Shown piece after piece: positions 10,901 to 22,900 of a stretch of DNA of 64,000 bases. How positions within the stretch are numbered: position 1 is the first letter of the stretch; every line of letters starts with the position of its first letter. The stretch spans positions 17,360,001 to 17,424,000 of the forward strand of contig CM119379.1 of the NCBI GenBank assembly GCA_051294905.1, read 5' to 3'. The position numbers and the translations under genes were made by a program. The notes under the pieces were generated by a model that was given only the letters and a program-made list of their open reading frames with translations, searched no databases and was not told the DNA's origin. Source of the DNA: Botryllus schlosseri. Taxonomy: Eukaryota.

Positions 10901-13900
10901 GACTTTTCAAACAAAATTTGACGTTGCAACAGAATCTAGCAAACAGCGAATTCACATTTCTTTTGAAAAGAAACTCAACAATCTAAATTTGGATTAAGAG
11001 GGCTTAGCCTTACAGAAAGGACACAGATTTCTCTAAAAATTAAACTTTGAAATCTTGTATACTCCTGACAAAATGAAATTATGGGTTGGTTCCAATCTTT
11101 GAAACTGTACCGTTCCGCAACTCGAAAAGGCCGAGAACCACTGCTTTATTTACAAGATTTGTTCTCAATTTGTAAGACAATGTCTATTCAAATTACACTG
11201 TCCTTTTTTTCGACTCAATCGGCCATGACAGAAGGCTGGACTGAAGTGTTGACATTTTTTTGTCACCGGTTAGGTCTTCAACCGGTCCAGGGTCGGCCAA
11301 CCTTTTTGGCAAAAGGGCCACATGCGGGTTTTCGAACCATTGCGCGGGCCACGTGAGTATTGATGACCTTTTTAGTCGCCGAGACTTCTACAAACGAGAC
11401 AACAAACTCTAACCTGCGACAGGGTCCACCGACGAGCCCTCTGCGCCTTGCCCTGGCTGCGGCACTCCTTCACTCGGCGCAGCACCAGGCGTTTCTTGAC
11501 TTTGTGCCGCCGGCGGGCCACTTTGCTCCGGGGCAGCTCCGGCCACGTCACCGACCTCGTCCTGTTGCATCTGCACGTCGGAGCCGGCTTCTTCGTCATC
11601 GTGATTGGAAGATAGAGACACGGATTGTAAAGAAGAACTGGCCTGTTGCAAAGCGTCTATGGCGTCTGCGTCGGCAAAAAACGACTCGATTGCTTCGAAA
11701 TTGGTGGCTGTAACGGAATATTTGCGAGACATTCATCTAATGACCTAAAAGGCCGTGGTATGTCGATATATTCTTTCGGAACATTAGTTATAATTCTCTG
11801 TACAGTGTACATGGGACTGAGCCAAAATCGAGTACCAGGATGTTTCCGAGTCGGGTATCAAGCTTTCAGTCACGTTTCGGGTGGGACAAATCACGCCAAT
11901 TTGGGGGGTGTTTGCCATAAACATGACATAATGTATTATAAAAGTCAGGCTTGTACAAACTATCAATCTACTTATATATTAGCAAACTAACGACCAGTTT
12001 TTCGAGTAATTCTAGTTCTAGTTAGGGATATTTAAAAGTGAGCAGATCTAGTTGCGCATTGAAAATATTAGTTTTAGAATAATTTGAAATCGTGATATCG
12101 ATGCCCTGTTGTTCGTTCCGGTTTATTAGCAATTTTTATCACTTCAATAGACCACAAATATTGCGATACAATGACAAGATAGGAAGGTGTCGAAACGACT
12201 TGGAGTAGTCTTTGGAATCGGACATCTTGCAGTCATCCCTACTAACAGTGACGCAGCCGGACGGCGAGTTTCGGGGTTTAAAGCGCCTCACATTCAAAAT
12301 CCCGTCTCTCTGAACTGCCCGTTCTATCTCCAATATTTCTTAGCTCATTTGCAGTTCAGAAACTCGTATTACCCTTTGCTAGTTGGTGCTTTTGTTAGTT
12401 GCGGATTTCTAAAGGCAGTTAGTTCTTGTTGTAGCTGTGCATTTTCAAAATCCATTAGTTTGTACAAATCTGGTGACAGAACGTCGCTGGTTCAGAAAGA
12501 TATGTCGTTGTTATGAACATACATTCTGAGCCATTTGACGCACGTTTTGGATGATGTGGTATGAAGGAATTATCGGCTGAGAAATTGAGTACTCCATAAA
12601 ATCGACTCAAGCCAGTAGACTCAAACATTGAAATGGCTACTCGACTCGGATTCTGGTACTCGAATCAGTGAACCCAGCACCCAGGCCTATCTGAACAGAT
12701 TGTGTCTCTTAAAGGCACCAAATCAATTCCAATCAACGGCCGAGCGCAAATAGACGACGCTTGAAAGAAGGAGTGAATCATACAGTTATCTCCCGTTGAT
12801 AAATAGCATCACGCAACTGCATATTCCACTACCTCAGTTCAAGACGTGCTGAGACTCTTTGAAAAACGCTGAAGAGACGGTGACGATTTCAGACCGGATG
12901 TGTAAGCTAGTAGGACTACCAGTTATCTCCTTGGCTCAATATTACAACTGATATAACCTACTACCTCAGCACATCGCGGCCCATTCGTATAGCCCTAGCT
13001 TCCGATTAACTGTAATATTGGCAAAGTACGGTCAAGAGTTCTACATTTATTTCATATATAAGAAATCGTTACTCGTTTATTAGTAGTTTGAGATTACTTT
13101 TCGTTTGAATATCACTAACATTGTCTGTCTGCGCCATCGACTATTTGGACATATATCAAACGCGAAAAATGTACGAGGGAAAAATTCAAACCCTACTTTG
13201 GACCAAGCACGGTCAGACGACAGCGCTGGAAGTTGGGAGGAGGTCAGTGGTTACGCAGTATCTCCCGTGTCGCTAATCTCAACCACTACATAACCTACTA
13301 CCTCAACCTAACAAGCCAGCAACCCAGACCAATTTCCTATACGCTTGTTATAAAGCGGCGGTGTAACGGAATTTTTTCAATAGCACAGCAGCATCTTAAA
13401 ACTGTGAAAATTCATGGACATAAGAGCAGACACGACAATATGGATGGCTGCCCACAAAACATACAAAACGATCCAGATTGAATGTCAATTATCGGAAATG
13501 AACATAAAGCGTTCCCGACATGTGAATTGGCTCCATATAGGAACAAGATGAAGTTAGCAGACCGCTCTGGAGAGATCGCAGGTTAGGCAGCTATCACCTT
13601 TGCTTCGTGATATATCAGTCGAGCGTCAACTGCATAACCAACTACCTCATTCAGAGCCGGCCCAGTACCGGATCCGGACTACAAGTCGCGAACAGACCGA
13701 GAAAACTTGCTAGACACATACCAGGTCTGTTGGCCGGAGACTCGGGCCGCGTCGCGATCGGTGTGTTGGTCGGCGTCGACACCTCTGCAGGTCCGGCGTC
13801 GGCGTTAGCCTGCGCACAAAAGCCAGATGGGGATCGGTCGGAGAGATTTGAAATTTGAGTGAAAATGGGGCAAAAGCATCAGATCTTCCGAGACCAATAT

Positions 13901-16900
13901 CAAAAGTATTTCTATTTTCTGAAGTAGGTTTCGCCTACACGCAGCACTCAGTCAAGAGGTTATGTCTTTAAAATATATCCACTTCTACTTGAACGGTTAT
14001 TTAAACGAAACTACTCGCTTTCACAATTTGAACATTACATCTCGTACTTTGTAAAGTATCCCTCCTCCGATTAAGTGACCCAGCGACCAAAACTACTTTT
14101 CAAATTACTTACTCATACTTTCATTTTTTTACTTCCACTCAAAGTAGATTTTACAGTCTTCCCATTTCCAACATAGCTACCTTCTATTAACCCTTTACCC
14201 CTTGACCAAACCAACTTTGATCAGCTACTTCCCAGCGGACTTTACACGCCTTTTATTGCTTACTTACACTCAAAATTGTTTCAACATGTCGTAGAAATCT
14301 ACGGTTTCACTTCCGTTTTAGTAGAAAAGCCGGCTGCTCTCTTACCGCCGATTCACTGGCACCGCCCTCGCCCGGCGCACGTCCTTCTTCCGGTTTATCC
14401 GTCTGCTGAGCTTTGCTTTCCGCCGCCTTGCTCGCCTCCTCCCTCTCCTTTCTCTCTTTCTCGACCGCTCTTTTCGCTCTCCTCTCCTTGATGTCCGCGT
14501 TTCTGCGCGACTCCCACGCCTGAAGTACTTCGTTACGCAGACCTGCAGGTCGAGATGGACACGATCAGGGTCGGGATCGTCGCAGAAAAAAGGTCACACC
14601 TATCGCGTTCGAAAAGTTGCGAGCACATTATCAAAGGCAATGAAATGAGTGCACGGAACGCAAGGCGCATTTAGCCGATGGTCCAGTCGGATTATTGAAA
14701 TTTACAATGTGAATGATATATTCGCGTACTCGGGTGAAGAGATTTTTCGGTGCACCAGTCAGACAATCAAAATTCACTGTCGGAAGAAAAAAAATATTTG
14801 CAGACACAGGTGTTGACAGAATCTTGTAAGCGATTGAAAGATGTGGATTCGGTCTGGATTCTAAATCGAATTGTTTTCATTTCTGAGAACACCCAAGTAA
14901 GTTTTGCACTACTCTTAACAGTTTTTGAGGAAAAACCATTTACATTTTTGAATTTGAATTGTGAAACCATCAACGGCTAAAATTATGTGTCCCTCGACCA
15001 AATCTACTTTATGAAACGACTGACTGGAGTACTTCTCATACCTTTCCTTTTCTGCTTTACCACCAAGGCAGTTTGAAATGTCTTGGACATTCCTACTTCT
15101 AGTTGTCAATGAGCAGAAATTCATGGAGTTATTCTACTCACACATCAGTAGCAACATTAACTATTTTGACAGCCTCTGTCAGCAACACGCAGCAGAGAAA
15201 TGCTGCGCTACGAGGGTGGAGATTCTAAAGACAATGAAAAGCATTGAAACACACTCACCGAGCAAACAATACTGGACACTGTCAGGTTCCAGCACCTCGC
15301 AAGTCTGCGTCCACCTGGACAACGCAGTGGGTAAGACACTAAGCGGCCCTCCAGAGGGCCGGCTGCCGCTCATGTGATCCCGGGGGTGATCCTAAACAGA
15401 AGTGTAGCGTGTCAAATAAAACTGGTGGAAGCCTAAATTAATGAGGTAAACGCGATCGACATGCCTGCAGAGAAGAGCCGGGCGCATCTCGGTTGTATGG
15501 ATAGAAACGAATGTTGTTTGAGTTTACCATCAGCTGGGCGTGGCCCCCGCCACTACCTTCGTTGTAAGCTGAGTCGTTCAAGTGTATCACGCTACCAGTA
15601 GCGCCAGGACCTAGTAATCTGAAACCGGGATCAATTAGACCATGACGCTTGTGCAAATTTACATTTCGGATTACACTTGAAGCGAATTTTGCAGAATTTT
15701 CAAAAAAATAAAATTCGATATTCCGCTGAATGCGGCATTGGGCGCAGATCAGAAAGTTAACTTATCATAAAGAATGTTAATTGTGGCAACCTGCTGGATT
15801 AAAGTTTCACAAGACAACTCGGGATGATTCTCACGCGAAATCTTATCCATCTTTAAGCGCCACGATTAACATTTTTAATCATACGATGAGCAGCCTCCCG
15901 GATAAGCTGACTTTACGATCTACGCCCACAGCATATTATCAAGCGAAACATGTATTATTGCATTCATAGATTCGAAAATGAATGTTTCACCGAAAGAGCG
16001 CGACTGTTATGTATGGCACATGGAGTATTTGGCATGCTGAATTCAGCACTTGGTATGTATGTAATAATGTATTTAGATTAAGAGCTAGGGTTGTGGGTTA
16101 GGTTATTGTCAGGGTAGGTTTGGATTAGGATTTGGGGCCACCAACTACAGAATTCACGAACAGCTTCTTGGAGGTACAGAACTTCAATATACAATTGAAT
16201 AGCATATTCATATTGAAATGAACGAGAATATTTTCGGCTGACAGGGGTAATCGTCAGCAACACATGCAGAGAATTCAAAATAACACCGTATATCAACAAT
16301 CGTATCACAAAATATGACGTCACCAGCATGAAATGCCGAAGTGCTAAATTAACTGGCAACAGTCTGACGCAGTGTTTTCTAAAAAATTTTACGCATCGCA
16401 CCCCTGGCTAATAATCCAGGTAAAAAACGCCCCCTACCCTTAAACATCAACAAAAAGTTGTTTTGTTTATAACGCATTCAAACATCGTTAGTGCTTATGA
16501 TGGGTATTTTAGGTTAATATAATTTAACACTATCAACGAATATAATCATAATCATTCCCTTTGAATGCATTCGTACATTGCGGTACATGAAGCTCTTATA
16601 AATTAAACATTCTCGTTGGACAGGCATTTATAAATCTGTGTTCTAAAACACTATCTAATAATTCCGTTCGTTATGATCGATTGATTAGAAAACTCATGTT
16701 GCATGACAATGAGAACATCCATAGAAAGCGTTGGTGACGATTTCAAATTGAATGGCACAGCACACAGCGTGACCATATCTTCATAAATCTCTTCCCAGTG
16801 CATGAGTATAGATATGAATTAACGTATTTTCAGCACAGATTTCCATAGTGCACAATGCCCGATTTTACTCTCAGCGCCCGCCAATCGCACAGTTTGTAGT

Positions 16901-19900
16901 TAGCGCACACTTTGGGAACCACTGGTCTAACGGCACGTGCTTACCTTCTGAGAATGTGGGGCGCTTCCTCCGAGTTGCTCGTGAATTCAATCTGCACTGT
17001 CTGCCCACTACCGTTGGCGGTAACTGTATAGGAGGCGGTAGGTCTTGACTCGACGGTTCCGGTGCTGCGAGCGCCGGTCGACAGCGAAGTCCGAGACGGC
17101 CTGGTCAGCATCGGGTGCACGGTCGGAATGTGCCAAGATTGAGACGCGGCTGAAACATAAGACAGGTGTTCAGACAGCCCAGGTGAACATGGGCAAATCG
17201 TAAAACGCAATACCCGTAGTCCCGCTCGAGTGATCGTCACCCATTGGTACAGGCATGGTGAACAGCTGGGATGTCCGTGGGTTTACGGGTTGCGGAAGAC
17301 GTCCTAGAAATCCGTCTGTAAACGAGACGACAGTAATTGAAAGTGCTGTCGAGCGGCACAATACATTTAGAGACGTCATAATCAACAAATACCACTTCTT
17401 TGCGAATTTGATTGGGAACCCGATGCACTTCGATTCTGATTTAGGGATAAAATACTCTCAGGGATCGTGTACACAAGTTGGGACTCCACGACATCACGAT
17501 TCTACAAACCTAGAATTGTCACCGGCTTTTCTGAATCCCAATCCAGAGATTAATTGTAATTTCTAGAATTCTTGACGCGAATCGATGCTGCTAATTACTG
17601 AGAATTGATGGTGCACGGCGGTCCGCGATCTCCCAATACCGAGTGTATTCATTCGTACACGAAATGGAGTGACCGATATCTCCTGACACATTTTAATACG
17701 ATATGTGGGCATCGTGGTGAACACACGACTTCGGCGAGAGATTGCAGACTCGTCAATTGACGGCACAAGGCTGGTATTATGACATGCCAATGACATTAAA
17801 TCTTTGTTTCTTAACGAGTTCTTATCCTAACGGACGTAAGTGTGGCTTATTCAGGTTTATATACATCATGCTGTGCGTAAGCTTGTGAGCGCGAGGAAGC
17901 TTTTCAGATACTTGTATAGGCGGCATTTACACGTGCACAAAACCGTAATAAAAGTGATGCTACGTTGGTAAACTTGGGAAAGTTTAAACATTCTTTTATT
18001 GGCTAGGTACGTGGCTGCACCTGACGCTTTGAAAGCAACTTTACAATATCACCCGATTGTCTGAAACACTCCACGCCATGGAGTCAAAATCCCAGGAAAT
18101 ACCAAAAATTACTATTTTGACTTCGTTCCCGGCCGAATTTTCCAAAAATTCCGCCTTAAAAAGTGATTCAGTCTCACCGCTCAAGACATCCTCCAATTGG
18201 AAGATCTGTTCGTTGGCCTCGTTTAGAAGGTCATAGACAAACGTCTCGTAGTTAAGATGGTTGGGATTTCCACCGTCGTCGTCGTCGTCATCTTCATCAT
18301 CATCATCATCAATATCGTCCATTTCGGATCCTTCATCCTCAAGATCCTGACCAATACAGTTTTCATTACCGAGAACAGAGCCACTCCAACGTTTTTCAGT
18401 TCGCGACCCACTTTCCGTACAAGCTTTATTGTACGACCCACAATGAGATATGACAAAATGAATGAAAGAAAAGAAACGATAAAACACCTGTGGAAAGATC
18501 AGATTGGCTTGGGATCTTCTTCAAATGATAGCTAACCAAGAACAGTGAATGCGTGCATTGGAAGCAATTCGCAATATACAATGCAATTTACTACACCAAA
18601 GTTTAGCTTGCATATTAGCTATTCACTTCTAGGCTTGATTGCCGTGATTCTTCTTCTCAGAAAATATCGGGAAATACAGAATATTGAGGTTCAGCATTCC
18701 AAAATCCTTTTGATATGAGCCTATAAAACTGCAACCACTATCAATTACACGACCTCGTATTCCTGTTCCACCAGAGCTAGTTTCGCGACACACTGGTTGG
18801 GAAGCACCGGTCTAAGACATGTGTTATCGAAAGGAATATTCTACCTGATCGTCGTTATTGATTTCTTCAGTGGGATCGTCGCTGGCGCTAGATTCCTGGT
18901 CATCGTCGTCCTGGTCATCCTCCATGACCACCTCCACCTCGTCCTGGTCCGTACTCTGACTCATCATCAGGTCTCGCGGAAAATCTTGTCCGGCCGAATC
19001 TATGGAAGTGACATTTGCGTTTCAGTTTTCCAGTACCGAAATGTTGGCTAGCAAACGCCATCGCATGCTGGGAACTCCGTAGTAGGGTTGTTCAAAGATA
19101 ATATTTTTTGCAAATTTTATGGCCAGCTGATAGAACTGTTAAGATTGGCTAAGAAAACGATTCACTTCACGCGATTTCACGCAGCTTTCTCCTTCATCTG
19201 GATGTGGTCAATACAATCATACCGAGAACTGTTAGAAATTCTGGGACTGATTTAAATTCGCCCGTTGCTCAAGCTGTCCGCCATGTTTTCGAGAAAAAGG
19301 GCCTACGATTAAGACTATAATCTTTCAGTCGCATGGACCAACATCTATTTGGATTTGACCTTCCGGACTGAATTAGGATACCACAAAGATTTGGACATGG
19401 CATTTCCAAAAACTGGGAATTCGGATTACATTATTCACATACACTGACACAAACAAAGAACGCATGCAACCCTGCTCCGGTATCAACAACGCGTCACCGT
19501 TATCAGGACAACAAAACTGCCGACTCGTGAATTCATTAGTTTCACATGCAGTAATGGAACATTTCAGAGCAACTGAACATTGTTTATGACCGGTTTACAT
19601 TTTGTTCTCATGCAACAATAGGGAAAGAGCATGCTTGCGACTGGAATGATATAAATTGCTCGCGACCCAACCCAGATTCAGGCGATAGCTGCTATTCTTC
19701 GAGTATACACCCTCAAAGAATCATAAGCCTGATTCAATTTTACTGCAACGTGAATCCCAAGCAACACAACCGAGTTATATCCCAGCCACAAAACAATAAC
19801 TCAAAAATTAGCCCCACACGATCACCGCTAACAAGAATAAACACAGATAGCTTCCACAACCCTAACATGCGTCATCAACGGCCGCGTGCCAAAATAATAA

Positions 19901-22900
19901 CCTGACGCAACCGGAAAGTCCTCGACCATCGACCCATTGCTACTGTCGCTGTCTGCAAAAGATTTTCGCGTTTGAGCCAGCCGAAAACAGCCAAGACGCT
20001 CCCTGCAATGTGCTCACCTTCGTCGATGACAAAAGTGTTGCCCTCATCGGCCATGTCAATAGACGCGCTCAGGTTGTACGCTTCGTTCGCAGATTCCATG
20101 AGGTTATTGTCGACGAGCACCGTTTCCGCCGAGGCTTGGGATCCTTCCGCCTACAGCAAACAAGGAATTTGTAGAATACAGTAGTAAATTTATTAGTTTT
20201 ATATCTCAATTGTACAATGAAAGAAGTTAAAAGCTTGTTAAGAGTGATGAAATTTAACATGTGAAACATCAACTTTTTAATTAATTCAGAAACTTGAAAC
20301 ATATTATCCTGCGTCGAGTCATAAGAGAAAGTTCACGGGTTACTTTGGATTTTGAACAAAATTATTTACATTTTAACAGTACAATCAAGCGACGTTTGGC
20401 AGCATAATAGAATCTAGCAAGAAGCAAAATACCAGCTCTTCCAGAAGGAACCAAAAAATCAAAATTAAGTTACTGGTTTTGACGGCAATAAACCTTGCAC
20501 AAAATTTGATAGAACTACGTATAACGCATGTAATATCAAAGAGGCAGAAGCAAATTATATTTTGGGTTAATTATGAAGGTTCACCGGTCCGGTGACATTT
20601 TACCAGTGTCCAATCTAAAAAGAAACGTAGACTTATTTGCCAGTTACTCGGCGGAATTCGAAACGCACAAAAACAGAGGCTACATCGCAGATCGACTGAC
20701 ACAAAAAATAGCGCTTTCACATCGCCGCCGCAGTTACCGTAGCTTCCGTTTCGTCGCCGTTATCGGCAGGCCCGGACGCGGCAGCCTCTGACGTTTGAGC
20801 ATCATCCGACTTGGCTCCAGTCCCAGACGGTTTCGGCGCGTTCCCAGCGGAAGACTGGTGAACCAGCCGTGACAGTATCTAAAAATTAAACTGGTAACAA
20901 CACAGCGTATTGCGGCGCGTCAAGAAAAATACCTCGAGTGGTTTCAAGGCGGAATTCACAGTGTCGGCCATGTTCGGCGAGCCGAGATCGATGTAATTCG
21001 AGATCTGCGCCAAGTCCGTCGCCAGGCCCCGGTTGATCATGACCCGGGCCAAGTTGGTCTGCTCGTCCATGATTGCGGAATGTATCGGGCCCTCGTTGCC
21101 GTGCGCCATTTTCGAGGCGCACTCGATCATATTGCTGTAAGTACAAAAGATATCGAATGCTCAAGTAGCAGTAGAGGGAACGCCGGGAATTTCCACTCCT
21201 CCGACTTTTCGTGTGTGAACCACACAAATTTAGAGGTTAGCGTTCACAAACAAACCTTGGTAGCCTCTGCACTTTCAAACTTTTTCATGTAATACCATTT
21301 CTCCCGTCATTATAACATCTTTGGTTGAAATTCTTTGCATTTCAACTTCAGAACACATAAAAAAATTCATCACCAAACGAGCATGCATCTTGCCAATTTC
21401 AAAAATATTGCTTGTTTGTGAATATTTAGCGACTCTCCGTTGTGAGCTTGGCCTGCAATGACACAACGCCAGGAAAGAAATACACTGCTTCTAGGGTAGT
21501 CCGTGTGCCTATTCAACCAAACAATGGAATGAATATAAAGAATACAGCGCTGTTTAATGTAAAAATACCTAGCGGGCACACGGGATCCATCTTGATTTGT
21601 TAACCCGTACTACACTCTGACCAATATCAATGAAGCAATAGTCTCAGGCCAAATGCATTGTCCGGTCTAGCCCAGACCGTTAAGGCATAAGCTTATATTC
21701 CGTGCAAGCCCATTGTTCCAGTTTATACATTAGGAGATGTTGAAAAGTCAGCATGCACTTCAGCATTCTGGCATATAATGTGGAATGAGTCGTCGTGTAT
21801 CGTGTACATTAATATATTACTTTACTGAAATGTAGGGAAGGAATTGGCAATATGACGTCGCGTGACGTCATAGGTTCACGTTCGCACTGAACCTTTCAAA
21901 AAGGTTGGAGCTCACACGAGCCTGAACCTTTCAGGGGTTCACACCATCCCTACTAAAAAACAAAACTGCTCGAGTATGCAGTCAAGTCGACGGAACTTAC
22001 ATCAGTACCACTAAAATTTACCAGTAATTTGTCACTCACCGTCTCTGTCCTATTCACGATATCAACGTGTACAAATCAAAAGAAATCATACCTGACAAGT
22101 CCCAAAATCGCCCGTAACGCATTATGCTTTGCCGTGGATTCGGGCATGAGTAACGTCCTTTGCATCGCAGACTTCACTTCCGAGATCACCGTGTTCTGCG
22201 TGGACTGCTTCGGGTGGCAGCACGCCAGGCTGGTCACCAGGACCTTGGCCAGGGAAGAGCAGCAGTCCTTTTCGTTTTGAGCGTTCTGCAGACACGGGGG
22301 AATTTTCACCGGCATGAGTGGGGACGTTTGCGGTTTGGAGCTGGCACTCGCAAGCTGGGAATTGTCTGTGCGAGTCGCTTACGTGTTACTAGTCAAAACA
22401 AAGCGGTTATCTCCAGACATGACAAATTTGTGGTAGTTGAACGAACCCGCACGACCTCAAATTAACCAGATGGTTGTCGATGAGACTCCAGTTTACAGTT
22501 TACTATATAATAAGTATCAATATTGCGGGGGAACAATTATTTCGGGGACAGACAATCCCTCGCTAATGTATAATGACACCATAATTTTGTCGATGGATAT
22601 TTCATACAAAAAGCAGACCTATAACAATGTTCAACAGCATTCTCCCGGGTCAGCCCACTTTAGGGTCAAAGCGCAATTAAAACCAACGACAATGCCATAA
22701 CGTAAAATGAAGAGATCTGGTGAAGTGTGAGTATGCGTACGTAATTGTTTTTGAATTTTTAGGTAGCAGGCGGGGAAGTTTGGTATAATTTGGGTTTCAT
22801 GTGGATATTGAACCTTATTTTGAGTTTTAGTCTGCAGGTAAGCAGTTCACTGTGAGATCCGCATTAGAAAACTGTATCGCACTCTGATAAATAGCGATGG

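Noticed and set aside
12200-12360. Possible fifth, decayed let-7 (UGAGGCGC...) and a 10-12 bp stem (TCTGAACTGC/GCAGTTCAGA) with GGAGAU in its loop, downstream of the cluster
   Set aside because: The seed is broken, pairing is patchy and the stem is too short for a pre-miRNA.
17443-17464. miR-125-like 5' end (UCCCUGAGA, minus strand)
   Set aside because: Only 9 nt match, the rest is unlike miR-125, and the possible hairpin depends on many G-U pairs.
17563-17796. Minus-strand ORF with possible splice sites between exons 18178-18346 and 17214-17315
   Set aside because: No phase-1 acceptor in the open frame and no HUWE1 similarity; the flanking exons join directly in phase.
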